Assembly (NCBI GenBank): GCA_963749075.1
Contig: CAVVLJ010000016.1
Location: forward strand, 1,088,001-1,152,000
Direction: 5' to 3'
DNA from: an uncultured Pseudomonadota bacterium
GTDB lineage: Bacteria > Pseudomonadota > Alphaproteobacteria > JACZXZ01
DNA length: 64,000 nucleotides
Numbering within the stretch: position 1 is the first letter of the stretch; each line of letters begins with the position of its first letter. The position numbers and the translations under genes are program-made. This document shows positions 19,579 to 30,975 of this stretch, piece after piece. A model generated the notes under the pieces. That model did no database searches and was not told the DNA's origin. It saw only the letters and a program-made list of their open reading frames with translations.

Positions 19579-19684
19579 TCGCGCGGAACGCGAGCGCGCT
19601 GCGGCGGCGCCCGCGGCAGCGCCCCTGTTCCGGTATCCTCGAGGGTAGCGATTGCGCGGCGCCCGGCCGGGGAGGTTGGCCGCC

Positions 19685-21842
19685 GTGATTCGTCAATACG
19701 AGCTGGTCGAGCGGGTCAAATCCTACGATCCCCACGCGGACGAGGACAAGCTCAACCGCGCCTACGTCTTCTCCATGAAGGCGCACGGCAGCCAGACCCG
19801 CGAGTCGGGCGACGCCTACTTCTCCCATCCGCTCGAGGTCGCCGGCATCCTCACGCGCTACAAGCTCGACGACGACACCATCGTGACGGCGCTCCTCCAC
19901 GACACCGTCGAGGACACGCTCGCCACCCTCGAGGGCATCGAGCGGCACTTCGGCGGCGAGGTGGCCCGGCTGGTCGACGGCGTCACCAAGCTCTCGCGCA
20001 TCGAGCTGCAGTCCGAGGAGACGCGGCAGGCGGAGAACTTCCGCAAGCTCGTGCTCGCCATGTCCGAGGACATCCGCGTGCTGCTCGTCAAGCTCGCGGA
20101 CCGCCTGCACAACATGCGCACCCTCAGGTTCATCACGGACACCGATCGCCGGCGCCGGATCGCGCGCGAGACCATGGACATCTACGCGCCGCTCGCCGAG
20201 CGCATCGGCATGCACGATCTCAAGGACGAGCTCGAGGACCTGGCGTTCGCCGAGCTCAATCCCGACGCGCGCGAATCGATCGAGGCGCGGCTCAAGTTCC
20301 TGCGCGAGCAGGGCGGCGGCCTCGCCGGGCGCATCATCGCGGAGCTCACGCGCATTCTCGGCGAGGAGGGCGTCGTGGCCCAGGTCTCCGGCCGCGAGAA
20401 GCAGCCCTACTCGATCTGGCGCAAGATGCAGAAGCGCAACGTCGCCTTCGAGCAGCTCTCCGACATCATGGCCTTCCGCATGGTGGTCGACACGGCGCCC
20501 GAGTGCTATCACGCGCTCGGCGTGCTGCACAGCCATTACCGCGTGGTGCCGGGCCGCTTCAAGGACTACATCTCGCTGCCCAAGGCGAACGGCTACCGCT
20601 CGCTCCACACCGGCGTCTACGGCCCCGAGAAGCAGCGCATCGAGATCCAGATCCGCACCAAGGACATGCACGCCGTCGCCGAGTACGGCGTCGCCGCGCA
20701 CTGGCAGTACAAGGAAGGCACGCCCACCGACGGCAAGCAGTACCGCTGGCTGCGCGAGCTCCTCGAGATCCTGGAGCATGCCCCCAACCCGGACGAGTTC
20801 CTCGAGCACACCAAGCTCGAGATGTTCCAGGACCAGGTGTTCTGCTTCACGCCCAAGGGCGATCTCATCGGCCTGCCGGCCGGCGCCACGCCGGTCGACT
20901 TCGCCTACCAGAATCCACTCCCAGATCGGCGACCGCTGCGTCGGCTGCAAGATCAACGGCCGCATGATGCCGCTCCGGACGCTGCTCAAGAACGGCGACC
21001 AGGTGGAGATCGTCACCTCGAAGAACCAGACGCCGTCGCCCGAGTGGGAGCGCTTCGTCGTCAGCGCCAAGGCGCGCGCGCGCATCCGCCGCTTCATCCG
21101 CACCCAGAAGCGCCAGGAGTACGTGACGCTCGGCCGCAGCATCCTCGAGAAGACCTTCCGCCAGGCCGGCTACGCGTTCACCGAGAAGGGCCTCGATGGC
21201 GTGGTCAAGATCTTCAAGGCCGCCGACGCCGAGGAGCTGATCGCCAGCGTGGGCGAGGCGCTGCACACCGGGCGCGAGGTGCTGCATGCGGTCTATCCCG
21301 GCCTCAAGCGGCAGATCGCCAAGGAGTCCCGCAACGGCAAGGTGGTGCCGATCGCCAAGGCGCGCGGCCGGCGGGAGAAGCCCGGCGACAACGCCATTCC
21401 CATCAAGGGCCTCACCCCCGGCATGGCGATCCATTTCGCCGGCTGCTGCCATCCGCTGCCGGGCGACCGCATCGTCGGTCTCGTCACCACCGGCAAGGGC
21501 ATCACCATCCATACCATCGACTGCCCGACGCTCGAGCGCTACAACGACTCGCCCGAGCGCTGGCTCGACGTGAGCTGGGACGAGGATGCCGCAAGCGAGG
21601 ACGGCCACGTCGGCCGCCTGACCGTGGTGGTGGCGAACGAGCCCGGCACGCTCGGCGAGCTCACCACCCTGATCGGCAAGCACAAGGGCAACATCACCAA
21701 CCTGCGCATCATCAACCGCTCCACCGACTTCTTCGAGATCGCCATCGACATCGCGGTGCAGGACCTGCGGCACTTGAGCAACATCATGGCAGCACTGCGC
21801 GCCTCGCCGGCGATCAACTCGGTCGAGCGGGCGCGCGGCTGA
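19685..21842 (+). CDS. spoT: bifunctional (p)ppGpp synthetase/hydrolase (Rel/SpoT); +1 frameshift at ~20912
   Basis: HD motif [36 protein letters not shown]; TGS domain continues in the next frame ([14 protein letters not shown]), then CCHPLPGD and ACT domain. Confidence 0.93.
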
Positions 21843-21874
21843 GTGCTGCAAGGGGAGGGCGGGAGGCGGCAGCG

Positions 21875-22630
21875 ATGAAGCGTCAATTGCGCCTGGGCGT
21901 GAACATCGACCACGTGGCGACCGTCCGCAACGCGCGCGGCGGCCGCCATCCGGATCCCGTGCGCGCGGCCCGCCTCGCGGCCGCCGCGGGCGCCCAAGGC
22001 ATCACGGCGCACCTGCGCGAGGACCGCCGCCACATCTCGGACGACGACATCGAGCGCCTGAGCGGCAGCATCGATCTGCCGCTCAACCTCGAGATGGCGG
22101 CGAGCGACGAGATGCTGGAGATCGCGTTGCGTCACAAGCCGCATGCCGCCTGCATCGTGCCCGAGCGGCGCGCCGAGCTCACGACGGAGGGCGGGCTCGA
22201 CGCGGCGGGCGGCCGGGATCGCCTCCGCCCTTATGTCGAGGCGCTCGTCGGCGCCGGCATCCGCGTCTCGCTCTTCATCGATCCCGAGCCCCGCCAGCTC
22301 GACGCGGCGCGGGCGCTCGGCGCTCCCGTGGTCGAGCTCCATACCGGCGCCTATTGCGATTCGGAGGGTGCCCTCCGCGAGCACGAGCTCTTGCGGCTGT
22401 GGCGTGCGGCGAGCCACGCGGACGCGATCGGGCTCGAGTGCCACGCGGGCCACGGGCTCTCCTTCGACACGGTGGCGCCGGTCGCCGCGATCGCCACCAT
22501 CGTCGAGCTCAACATCGGCCACTTCCTCATCGGTGAGGCGATCTTCAGCGGGCTCGAATCCGCGATCCGGCGCATGCGCGCGCTCATGGACAAGGCGCGC
22601 GCCGAGGCCGCGGGCGAGAAAAGCGCCTGA
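21875..22630 (+). CDS. pdxJ: pyridoxine 5'-phosphate synthase
   Basis: [43 protein letters not shown]. Confidence 0.97.
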   Translation: MKRQLRLGVNIDHVATVRNARGGRHPDPVRAARLAAAAGAQGITAHLREDRRHISDDDIERLSGSIDLPLNLEMAASDEMLEIALRHKPHAACIVPERRAELTTEGGLDAAGGRDRLRPYVEALVGAGIRVSLFIDPEPRQLDAARALGAPVVELHTGAYCDSEGALREHELLRLWRAASHADAIGLECHAGHGLSFDTVAPVAAIATIVELNIGHFLIGEAIFSGLESAIRRMRALMDKARAEAAGEKSA

Positions 22631-22640
22631 GCGCCGCCCC

Positions 22641-23051
22641 GTGATCCTCGGCATCGGCAGCGACCTCATCGACATCCGCCGCATCGAGCGCACGCTCGAG
22701 CGCTTCGGCGACAAGTTCATCGCGCGCATCTTCACCGACACAGAACGCGCCAGGTGCGAGCGGCGGCGTACGCGCGCGGCGAGCTACGCCCGCCGCTTCG
22801 CCGCCAAGGAGGCCTGCTCCAAGGCGCTCGGCACCGGCTTCCGCAAGGGCGTCTTCTGGCGCGACATGGGTGTGGTCAACCTCGCCTCGGGCCGACCCAC
22901 CATGCGCCTCACCGGCGGCGCCCTCGCGCGTCTCGCCGAGCTCGTGCCACCCGGCATGGCGGCGCGCATCGACGTGACGCTGACCGACGAGCCGCCCCTC
23001 GCCGAGGCCGTGGTGATCATCTCCGCCGTGCCGCCCGGGTGCGGCGACTGA
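22641..23051 (+). CDS. acpS: holo-ACP synthase
   Basis: GTG start; [23 protein letters not shown]. Confidence 0.96.
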   Translation: MILGIGSDLIDIRRIERTLERFGDKFIARIFTDTERARCERRRTRAASYARRFAAKEACSKALGTGFRKGVFWRDMGVVNLASGRPTMRLTGGALARLAELVPPGMAARIDVTLTDEPPLAEAVVIISAVPPGCGD

Positions 23052-23122
23052 GTGCTGCGCCTTTTTGTCCCTGGCCTCGGGGCTTGCCGCCGCTATACTA
23101 GGGCCAAATCCAGGAGGGACCC

Positions 23123-23566
23123 ATGAACGACGTAGAGAGCAAGACGGCGCCCCGCGCGGGTGCTGGCGACTTCGCCCGCTTCCGCTTTCTCCACACCATG
23201 ATCCGCGTGCGCGACCTCGAGAAGTCGCTCGACTTCTATACCCGCCTCTTGGGCATGAAGCTCCTGCGCAAGAAGGACTTCCCCACGGGCGAGTTCACCC
23301 TGGCCTTCGTCGGCTACGGCGAGGAGGAGAGCTCGACGGTGATCGAGCTCACGCACAATTGGCCGCAGAAGGAGCCGTATAATCTGGGCAACGCCTTCGG
23401 CCATCTCGCCATCGCGGTGCCGGACATCTACGGCACCTGCGAGACGCTTGCCAAGGAAGGCGTCAAGATCCCGCGCCCGCCCGGCCCCATGAAGCACGGC
23501 GGCTCGGTCATCGCCTTCATCGAGGATCCGGACGGCTACAAGATCGAGCTCGTCGAGCGGGCGTAG
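23123..23566 (+). CDS. gloA: lactoylglutathione lyase (glyoxalase I)
   Basis: FLHTMIRV.DLEKSLDFY, ELTHNW, FGHLA, DPDGYKIELV; GGAGG RBS. Confidence 0.95.
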   Translation: MNDVESKTAPRAGAGDFARFRFLHTMIRVRDLEKSLDFYTRLLGMKLLRKKDFPTGEFTLAFVGYGEEESSTVIELTHNWPQKEPYNLGNAFGHLAIAVPDIYGTCETLAKEGVKIPRPPGPMKHGGSVIAFIEDPDGYKIELVERA

Positions 23567-23592
23567 TACCTGGATTTATAGACGCGTAGCGC

Positions 23593-23677
23593 ACCCCCCT
23601 CCCTAACCCTCCCCCTCAAGGGGGGAGGGGAAGTGCTTCGCATGGCAACGAAAGTCGCCCTCCCCCTTGAAAGGGGC
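23593..23677. repeat. intergenic palindromic repeat, family B (partial), between convergent genes
   Basis: acccccctccctaaccctccccctcaaggggggagggg ... ccctcccccttgaaagggg; first ~35 bp nearly identical to 61751. Confidence 0.75.
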
Positions 23678-23686
23678 TCTTCCGCT

Positions 23687-24497
23687 TCAGATCTCCGACT
23701 CCGGCGCGAAATTCGGGCGGCGCTTCTCGCGGTGGGCGGCCAGCCCCTCTTGCACGTCGGGCGAGGAGAAGCCGAGGAACTCGAGGGCGAGCGAGGTGTC
23801 GAAGGTCGGCCCCGCGAGGCGCAGCCAGTTGTTGAGGGCGTATTTCGTCCAGCGGATGGCGTGCGGCGCCCCTTCGGCGAGGCGGGTCGCGATCTCGACC
23901 GCCTTCTCGTCGAGCTCGCCGTCCTCGACCGCCAAGGAGACGAGGCCGATGCGCTCGGCCTCCGCACCCGAGAGCGGCTCGCAGAGCAGGAGATAATATT
24001 TCGCCTTGGCCATGCCGCAAAGGAGCGGCCAGATGATGGCGGCGTGATCGCCCGCGGCCACGCCGAGGCGCGTATGGCCGTCGATGATCCGCGCGTCCTT
24101 GGCGGCGATCGAGAACGTCGGCGAGGAGGCCGCAGACGAGCCCGGCGCCGACCGCGGGCCCGCGCATGGCGCTCACCACCGGCTTCGAGCAATTGATCAG
24201 ATTGTAGACGAGGTCGCGCGCCTCCTTCCAGACGTGCGCGCGCGCGTGGAAATCGTCGATGTTCTTCTGGATCATGGCGAAATCGCCGCCCGCGGAGAAC
24301 GCCTTGCCGGCGCCGCGGAGGATCGCCGCCGAGACGCTCTCGTCCGCGTCGATGTCGCGCCAGAGGCCCGCGAGCTCGCCGTGCATCCTCGCGTCGGCGG
24401 CATTGAGCTTGCCCGGGTTCGACATGGTCGCGCGCAGCACCCGCGGGTGCGGGCGGTCGAACTCGAGGCGCTGGTAGTGGCCATAGCGGTCGGTCAT
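23687..24497 (-). CDS. enoyl-CoA hydratase/isomerase; +1 frameshift at ~24114
   Basis: [22 protein letters not shown]; after the shift, [15 protein letters not shown]...AEAERIGLV...TKYALN. Confidence 0.88.
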
Positions 24498-24626
24498 GGA
24501 CGCCCTCCTGGCATGCAGGCGGCGTCATGCTGCGCCATCATGCCGCAAAAATCCACGGCGCCGCGCCGTGACGGCCGTTCGTCAGCTAGTGGATGCACAC
24601 ATCTCAAGGATGCTTGCAGGGCCGTC

Positions 24627-24746
24627 GTGCGTCCTTCGAGACGCGCCCCTTCGGGGCGCTCCTCAGGACGAGGCGAATTCGTGTGTGGCAGAAAGATTTG
24701 ACCTCATCCTGAGGAGCGAGCGCAGCGAGCGTCTCGAAGGACGCAC
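24627..24746. repeat. intergenic palindromic repeat, family A, copy 1
   Basis: gtccttcgagacg-hairpin-ctcctcaggacgagg ... cctcatcctgaggagc-hairpin-cgtctcgaaggac; related copies at 37113 and 45473. Confidence 0.88.
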
Positions 24747-24795
24747 CGCCCTCAGTCCGAGACACCTTTGCACGGCGCTCTCGGGAGGACGCGCG

Positions 24796-26118
24796 CTACG
24801 TCCGTTTCTCGACGGGGACGTAGCCGCGCTTGGCGTAGCCGGTGTAGAGCTGGCGCGGCCGTCCCAGCTTCTGGGAGGGATCCTCGATCATCTCGTTCCA
24901 CTGGGCGACCCAGCCGACCGTGCGCGCGAGCGCGAAGAGGGCGGTGAACATGCTGCTCGGGAAGTTCATGGCGCGCAAGATGATGCCCGAGTAGAAATCG
25001 ACGTTCGGGTAGAGCTTGTGCCCGACGAAGTAATCGTCCTCGAGTGCTATCTTCTCGAGCTCCATGGCGAGTTCGAGCAGCGGCTCGTGCTTGACGTGAA
25101 GCTCCTCGAGCACCTCGTAGCAGGTGCGCCGCATCACCGCGGCGCGCGGGTCGTAATGCTTGTAGACCCGGTGCCCGAAGCCCATGAGGCGGAAGCTGTC
25201 GTCCTTGTCCTTGGCGCGCTTGATGTACTCGGGGATATGCTCCTTGCTGCCGATCTGCCGCAGCATGTTGAGCACCGCCTCATTCGCGCCGCCGTGCGCC
25301 GGGCCCCACAGCGAGGCGATGCCGGCGGCGATGCAGGCGAAGGGATTGGCGCCGCTCGAGCCGGCGAGGCGTACCGTCGAGGTCGAGGCGTTCTGCTCGT
25401 GGTCGGCATGGAGGATGAAGATGCGGTCCATGGCGCGCGCGAGTATCGGGCTCACCTTGTACTGCTCCGCCGGCACGGAGAAGGTCATGTGGAGGAAGTT
25501 CTCGGCATAGGTCAGCTTGTTGCTCGGATAGACGAAGGGCTGGCCCATCGAATATTTGTAGGCCATCGCCGCGATCGTCGGCATCTTGGCGATCAGCCGG
25601 TAGGACGCCACCATGCGGTGATGCGGGTCGGTGATATCGGTCGAGTCGTGATAGAAGGCCGAGAGCGCTCCCACCACGCCGCACATCACCGCCATGGGAT
25701 GCGCGTCGCGCCGGAAGCCGCGGAAGAAGGTGATGAGCTGCTCGTGCACCATCGTGTGGTAGGTGATGTCGCGCACGAACTGCACCTTCGCCGCCGCGTT
25801 CGGCAGCTCGCCGTTGAGCAGGAGATAGGCGACCTCCATGAAATCGCTGTGCTCCGCCAGCTCCTCGATGGGATAGCCGCGGTAGAGCAGCACGCCCTGA
25901 TCGCCGTCGATGTAGGTGATCTTGGACTGGCAGCTCGCCGTCGAGGTGAAGCCCGGATCGTAGGTGAACATGTCCGTTTCGGCGTAGAGCTTGCGCACGT
26001 CGATGACCTTGGGTCCCAACGTGCCGCTCATCACGCTGAGATCGAGCGAGCGGTTGCTCTTGGGGTCGGCAAGCGTGACTACCTCGGCCGGGGCCGCCGC
26101 TGTCTTGACATCGCTCAT
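24796..26118 (-). CDS. gltA: citrate synthase (type II)
   Basis: [48 protein letters not shown]. Confidence 0.97.
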   Translation of the reverse strand: MSDVKTAAAPAEVVTLADPKSNRSLDLSVMSGTLGPKVIDVRKLYAETDMFTYDPGFTSTASCQSKITYIDGDQGVLLYRGYPIEELAEHSDFMEVAYLLLNGELPNAAAKVQFVRDITYHTMVHEQLITFFRGFRRDAHPMAVMCGVVGALSAFYHDSTDITDPHHRMVASYRLIAKMPTIAAMAYKYSMGQPFVYPSNKLTYAENFLHMTFSVPAEQYKVSPILARAMDRIFILHADHEQNASTSTVRLAGSSGANPFACIAAGIASLWGPAHGGANEAVLNMLRQIGSKEHIPEYIKRAKDKDDSFRLMGFGHRVYKHYDPRAAVMRRTCYEVLEELHVKHEPLLELAMELEKIALEDDYFVGHKLYPNVDFYSGIILRAMNFPSSMFTALFALARTVGWVAQWNEMIEDPSQKLGRPRQLYTGYAKRGYVPVEKRT

Positions 26119-26175
26119 GGCCAATACTCTCGTTCCTGGGAGGGGTTCCGCGGGCCTCGGCGCCGCCGGTTATTC

Positions 26176-26187
26176 TGCACCGCACAA
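26176..26187. promoter_or_regulatory. putative PhaR/AniA-type operator TGCACCGCACAA upstream of gltA
   Basis: Fits TGCRNYGCASMA 12/12; similar boxes before pdhA and lipA. Confidence 0.45.
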
Positions 26188-26213
26188 TAGGCCTATCGAG
26201 CGGATTTATCAAA

Positions 26214-27632
26214 TCAACTTGACGTTTTTTCGGGCGTTGCAGCATCGCGCATCCTGCCCAAAACTTCACCACTGCCAAGTGCTTCCATCACCTCGAAAAT
26301 TCCGGGCGAGACGGTGGCCCCCGTGAGGGCCGCGCGCAGCGGCTGGGCGATCTGGCCGAGCTTGATGCCTTCCGCCTCGGCGAGCCCGCGCACTTGGCGC
26401 TCGAGGGCCGGGGCCTTCCACTCCGGCACATGGACGAGGCGCTCCGCGAGCCTTGCCAGGCGCTGCCGCGCATCTGCGGTCAACAGGGCCGCGGCCTTGG
26501 CATCGATGGGGATCGGATGCTGCCGGACATAGACCGCGGCGGCGTCGGCCAGCTCGACGAGCGTCTTGGCGCGCTGCTTCAAGCCGTCGAGGCCGCGCGC
26601 GAGCCTTGCCTCGCCGGCGGCATCCGGCGAGCCCGCGAGCGCCCTCTCGAGGAACGGGCGCAGGAGCTCGATGAGCCGGCCATTGCCGCATTGGCGGAGA
26701 TAATGGGCGTTCAGGCTGTCGAGCTTGGCGAAGTCGAAGCGCGCGGCCGAGCGGCCCACATCTGTGATGTCGAACCACTTGATCGCCTGGGTGGTCGAGA
26801 TGATCTCGTCGTCGCCGTGCGACCAGCCGAGGCGGAGGAGGTAATTGTCCAACGCCTCGGGCAGGTAGCCCATGTCCCGGTAGGCGTCGACGCCGAGCGC
26901 GCCGTGCCGCTTCGAGAGCTTGGCGCCGTCCGGCCCGTGGATGAGCGGGATATGGGCGAAGTGTGGCACCGGCCAGTCCAAAGCGCGGTAGAGCAGCGTC
27001 TGGCGAAAGGCGTTGGTGAGATGGTCGTCGCCGCGGATGACGTGGCTGATGCCCATGTCGTGGTCGTCGACCACCACCGAGAGCATGTAGACGGGGCTGC
27101 CGTCGGCGCGCAGCAGCACCATGTCGTCGAGCTGCTCGTTGGCGACGCGCACGGTGCCCTGCACCAGGTCCGCGATGACGGTCTCGCCCGTCTCCGGCGC
27201 CTTGAGGCGGATGACCGGCGGGCGGCCGCTCGGGACCTCGCCCGGCTGCAAGCCTCGGCAGCGGCGGTCGTAGCCCATAGGCCGTCCTGCCGCGCGCGCC
27301 GCCTCGCGCCGCGCCGCGAGCTCCTCCGCCGAGCAATAGCAGTGGTAGGCGCCGCCGCTCGAGAGGAGCGTGCGCGCAACCTCGGCGTGGCGGGCGGCAC
27401 GTGCGAACTGGTAGACCACCTCGCCGTCCCAATCGAGCGCGAGCCAGCGCAAGCCCTCGAGGATCGCCTGCGTCGCCGCCTCGGTCGAGCGCGCGCGGTC
27501 GGTGTCCTCGATGCGCAGGCGGAAGACGCCGCCGCAATGGCGTGCGTAGAGCCAGTTGAAGAGCGCCGTGCGGGCGCCGCCGATGTGAAGGAAGCCGGTG
27601 GGGGAGGGCGCGAAGCGCACCACGACGGACAT
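26214..27632 (-). CDS. gltX: glutamate--tRNA ligase
   Basis: [14 protein letters not shown] (HIGH-type), LRIEDTD, KLSKR. Confidence 0.97.
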   Translation of the reverse strand: MSVVVRFAPSPTGFLHIGGARTALFNWLYARHCGGVFRLRIEDTDRARSTEAATQAILEGLRWLALDWDGEVVYQFARAARHAEVARTLLSSGGAYHCYCSAEELAARREAARAAGRPMGYDRRCRGLQPGEVPSGRPPVIRLKAPETGETVIADLVQGTVRVANEQLDDMVLLRADGSPVYMLSVVVDDHDMGISHVIRGDDHLTNAFRQTLLYRALDWPVPHFAHIPLIHGPDGAKLSKRHGALGVDAYRDMGYLPEALDNYLLRLGWSHGDDEIISTTQAIKWFDITDVGRSAARFDFAKLDSLNAHYLRQCGNGRLIELLRPFLERALAGSPDAAGEARLARGLDGLKQRAKTLVELADAAAVYVRQHPIPIDAKAAALLTADARQRLARLAERLVHVPEWKAPALERQVRGLAEAEGIKLGQIAQPLRAALTGATVSPGIFEVMEALGSGEVLGRMRDAATPEKTSS

Positions 27633-27715
27633 GGCGGGAGAGGTTCCTCGCTCGCAAGGAAGGGTCGCGTCCTGTAACATATCCCGCCTGGGGTGTCTCT
27701 AAGAGGCGAGGAGCC

Positions 27716-29938
27716 GTGAGCGGCGCCGAGCTCAGCGAGCGCGCAGAGGACCTGCGCCCGGCATTGCACGAGGGGGTTGTCCGCCGCGCGCTCATGATCG
27801 CGTGGCGCGAGCTCGCGGCCGAGCGCGAGCGCTGGCCGCTCTGGCTGCCCGCCTTCTTCGGCGGCGGCATCGCCCTCTATTTCGCGCTCACCTTCGAGCC
27901 GAGCCACCGGCTGGCCTATGCGGCCGCGGCGGCCCTCGCCGCTGCGGCGGCGATCTGCCGCAAGCGTCCGATGGCGCTCCTCGTCCTCGTGCCGCTCGGC
28001 ACTGTCGCATTGGGCTTCGCGGTTGCCGCCTGGCGCACGGACCAGGTTGCGGCACCCAGGCTCGAGAAGCGCCTCGGACCGGTCGCGGTGAGCGGCCGTG
28101 TCGTCGAGGTCGAGCAGCTCGCCAAGGGCCGCCGGATCACGCTTGACCATGCGACAATCGAGCGGCTGGCGCCCGAGCGCACGCCGCCGCGCGTTCGCGT
28201 GCACATCAGGGACGCCACGTCGCCGTTGCGCCCGGGCGACCGCGTGTCGCTGCGCGCCGTGCTGCTGCCGCCGGCGGCGCCGGTGGCGCCCGGCGCCTTC
28301 GACTTCCAGCGCCACGCCTATTTCCTCGGCCTCGGCGCGGTCGGCTATGCTTTCGGCAAGGTCGCGGTCGAGCCTGCTACGCCGGGCGGCGCCGCACTCT
28401 GGATCGCGGCCTTGCGCGATCGCATCGCGGCGCGGGTGACCAAGGGCCTGCCGGGTGCCGAGGGCGGCATCGCGGCGGCGCTCATGACCGGCGAGCGAGG
28501 CGCCATCCCGCCCGACGTGGTCGAGGCCATGCGCAATTCGGGTCTCGCCCATCTCCTCGCCATCGCCGGCCTCCATCTCGGCATGGTGACGGGCGCCATC
28601 TTCTTCGGCGTGCGCGCGCTCCTGGCGCTCGTCCCCTGGCTTGCGCTGCGCTATCCGACCAAGAAATGGGCGGCGCTCGCGGCACTCGCGGGTGCCACCT
28701 TCTATCTCGTCGTAACCGGCGCCACGGTGCCGACGCAGCGCGCCTTCATCATGACGGGCGTGGTGCTGCTCGGCGTGCTGCTCGACCGCATGTCGATCTC
28801 GCTGCGCATGCTGTGCTGGGCCGCGGTCGCCATCCTCCTCATCGCGCCCGAGAGCCTGACCGGGCCGAGCTTCCAACTTTCGTTCTCGGCCGTGCTGGCG
28901 CTGCTCGCCGCCTACGAGACCCTGCGGCCGAAGCTCCTATCCTGGGTCGGCGGCGAGGGCTGGTGGCGCACCCCGCTCCTCTATGTGGCCGGCGTCGCCT
29001 TCACCAGCCTCGTCACGAGCCTGGCGACCATCCCCTATTCGATCTATCACTTCGACCGCCTGGCCGCCTTCGGCGTCGTCACCAACCTGATCGCCGTGCC
29101 GGTGACGGCGCTCTGGGTGATGCCGTGGGCGCTCGCCGCCTTCGTCCTCATGCCCCTCGGCCTGGAAGGCCTGGCCTTGCCGGCCATGGGCTGGGGACTT
29201 CACGCCGTCATCTGGTCGGCCAAGACGATCGTCGCCTGGCCCGGCTCGGTCGCCATCCTGCCGGCCATGCCGATCTGGGGCTTAGCTTCGGTCAGCCTCG
29301 GCATGCTGTGGCTCTGTCTGTGGCAGCGGCCGTGGCGCGCGCTGGGTGCCGCCGGCATCGCACTCGGCCTCGCCAGCATCGCCATCGAGCGCCAGCCCGA
29401 CGCCATAGTCTCGGGCGACGGCCGCCTCTTCGCGGTGCGCGCCGCGGACGGGCGCATGCTGATCTCGCCGGTGCACGGCAACGACTACGACGCGGAGACG
29501 ATCGAGAAGCGCGCCGGCCAGACGCTGCGCGATCCCTGGCCGGAGGACGGCGCGAGCGCCGATGGACGCCTCGTCTGCGACGAGCTCGGCTGCCTTTATC
29601 ACGCGCAAGGCCAGACCGTGGCGCTCGTGCGCGAGCGCGAGGCGCTGCTCGAGGATTGCCTCCATGCGACGGTGATCTTGAGCGCCGTGCCCGTCAAGGG
29701 GCGCTGCCCGCAGCCGCGAACCGTGATCGACCGCTTCGCCCTCTGGCGCGACGGCGGCCACGCCGTCTGGCTATCGCCGGGCGGCGTCGCGAGCGAGAGC
29801 GTGCGCGACTGGCGCGGCGCCCGTCCGTGGGTGCCCGAGCTGCCCGCGCGTGCGGCGGCCAAGGCGAAGCCGGCGGCGGCAGCGGTAGCCCCGCCGGAGA
29901 CGCTCGAAGAGCCTTCGGATATGGACGGCGGGGAGTAG
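27716..29938 (+). CDS. comEC: ComEC/Rec2 competence membrane protein
   Basis: PGAFDFQR, GLAHLLAIAGLH, VPTQRA, SFQLSF; conserved position between gltX and lexA. Confidence 0.92.
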   Translation: MSGAELSERAEDLRPALHEGVVRRALMIAWRELAAERERWPLWLPAFFGGGIALYFALTFEPSHRLAYAAAAALAAAAAICRKRPMALLVLVPLGTVALGFAVAAWRTDQVAAPRLEKRLGPVAVSGRVVEVEQLAKGRRITLDHATIERLAPERTPPRVRVHIRDATSPLRPGDRVSLRAVLLPPAAPVAPGAFDFQRHAYFLGLGAVGYAFGKVAVEPATPGGAALWIAALRDRIAARVTKGLPGAEGGIAAALMTGERGAIPPDVVEAMRNSGLAHLLAIAGLHLGMVTGAIFFGVRALLALVPWLALRYPTKKWAALAALAGATFYLVVTGATVPTQRAFIMTGVVLLGVLLDRMSISLRMLCWAAVAILLIAPESLTGPSFQLSFSAVLALLAAYETLRPKLLSWVGGEGWWRTPLLYVAGVAFTSLVTSLATIPYSIYHFDRLAAFGVVTNLIAVPVTALWVMPWALAAFVLMPLGLEGLALPAMGWGLHAVIWSAKTIVAWPGSVAILPAMPIWGLASVSLGMLWLCLWQRPWRALGAAGIALGLASIAIERQPDAIVSGDGRLFAVRAADGRMLISPVHGNDYDAETIEKRAGQTLRDPWPEDGASADGRLVCDELGCLYHAQGQTVALVREREALLEDCLHATVILSAVPVKGRCPQPRTVIDRFALWRDGGHAVWLSPGGVASESVRDWRGARPWVPELPARAAAKAKPAAAAVAPPETLEEPSDMDGGE

Positions 29939-30013
29939 CGCGGAGCTCTCGGAGCGGCACGGCCGACCGAAGCAGCCATTGCGATATTGGTGCTGCGCGT
30001 TCTTTTCCACTCA

Positions 30014-30100
30014 CGTCACACCCGCGAAAGCGGGTGTCCAGCGCTATCGGGCAATGCCTCGTTTCGGCGCCCCTGGATACCCGCCTTCGCGGGCATGACG
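30014..30100. repeat. REP-like inverted pair (family C, CGTC..CCCGCGAAAGCGGG..CCAG) between convergent comEC and lexA
   Basis: cgtcacacccgcgaaagcgggtgtccag ... ctggatacccgccttcgcgggcatgacg. Confidence 0.8.
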
Positions 30101-30136
30101 ACGACAAAAGGGATTCAATTAATTTTCCGGCGAGTC

Positions 30137-30853
30137 CTAATAGCGCCGGAACAGGCTCACGAGCTTGCCTTGGATGCGCACGCGGTCGGGGCCGAAGATG
30201 CGCGTCTCGTATTTCTTGTTGGCGGGCTCGAGGGCGATGGAATCGCCCTTGCGGCGCAAGCGCTTCAGCGTCACTTCGTTCTCGTCGATGAGCGCGACCA
30301 CGATGTCGCCGCTCTCGGCCACGTCGCCGCGCTTGATGACCACCACGTCGTCGTCGAGGATGCCGGCATCCACCATGGAATCGCCCTCGACCTGGAGGGC
30401 GTAATACTCGCCGCGGCCGAGGATGCTTGCCGGCATGGCGATGGTGCTCGAATGATCGCGCAACGCCTCGATCGGCGTGCCCGCGGCGATCTTGCCGTAG
30501 AGCGGCAGCTCGACCGGCGCGTCGTCGCCCTGGCTCGCCGTGCCGCCGAGACTGCGGTTGCGGAAGCTGCCCTCGATCACCTTGGGCGAGAAATCGCCGG
30601 CCGATGCCGCAGCGCTGGCGCGACCGGTCGCCGCCGCGGCCTCGGGCAGCCGCAGCACCTCGAGCGCGCGCGCGCGATGCGGCAGACGGCGGATGAAGCC
30701 GCGCTCCTCGAGCCCGGTGATGAGCCGGTGGATGCCGGATTTCGAGCGCAACGAGAGGGCCTCCTTCATCTCGTCGAAGGACGGCGAGATGCCCTGCTCG
30801 CGCAGGCGACGCTCGATGAACATCAGGAGCTCGCGTTGCTTTCTCGTCAGCAT
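30137..30853 (-). CDS. lexA: SOS repressor LexA
   Basis: [31 protein letters not shown] cleavage site, GDSM, TLKR. Confidence 0.97.
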   Translation of the reverse strand: MLTRKQRELLMFIERRLREQGISPSFDEMKEALSLRSKSGIHRLITGLEERGFIRRLPHRARALEVLRLPEAAAATGRASAAASAGDFSPKVIEGSFRNRSLGGTASQGDDAPVELPLYGKIAAGTPIEALRDHSSTIAMPASILGRGEYYALQVEGDSMVDAGILDDDVVVIKRGDVAESGDIVVALIDENEVTLKRLRRKGDSIALEPANKKYETRIFGPDRVRIQGKLVSLFRRY

Positions 30854-30887
30854 CTATTTCTCCCGGGCTGCGGAGCCACTAAATCTA

Positions 30888-30927
30888 GAACAAATGCAAA
30901 ACGTCCACACATGTTCTAGTTTAGTTC
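30888..30927. promoter_or_regulatory. two alphaproteobacterial SOS boxes upstream of lexA
   Basis: GAAC-aaatgca-AAAC (30888-30902) and a perfect GTTC-tagttta-GTTC (30913-30927); the alphaproteobacterial LexA box is GTTC-N7-GTTC. Confidence 0.85.
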
Positions 30928-30975
30928 GCGGAAGAGGTCAAGAGGCTTTTCGCGCGCCGTCACGGCGAGCGGCGC

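Noticed and set aside
20900-20920. Programmed ribosomal frameshifting or pseudogenisation of spoT, trpE and pdhC
   Set aside because: No slippery heptamers, the genes are otherwise undamaged, and all sites share the merged-allele pattern; an assembly artefact is more parsimonious.
19652-22630. Apparent SpoT-PdxJ fusion ORF (992 aa)
   Set aside because: Produced by the +1 insertion at ~20912; pdxJ has its own GGGAGG RBS and ATG at 21875.
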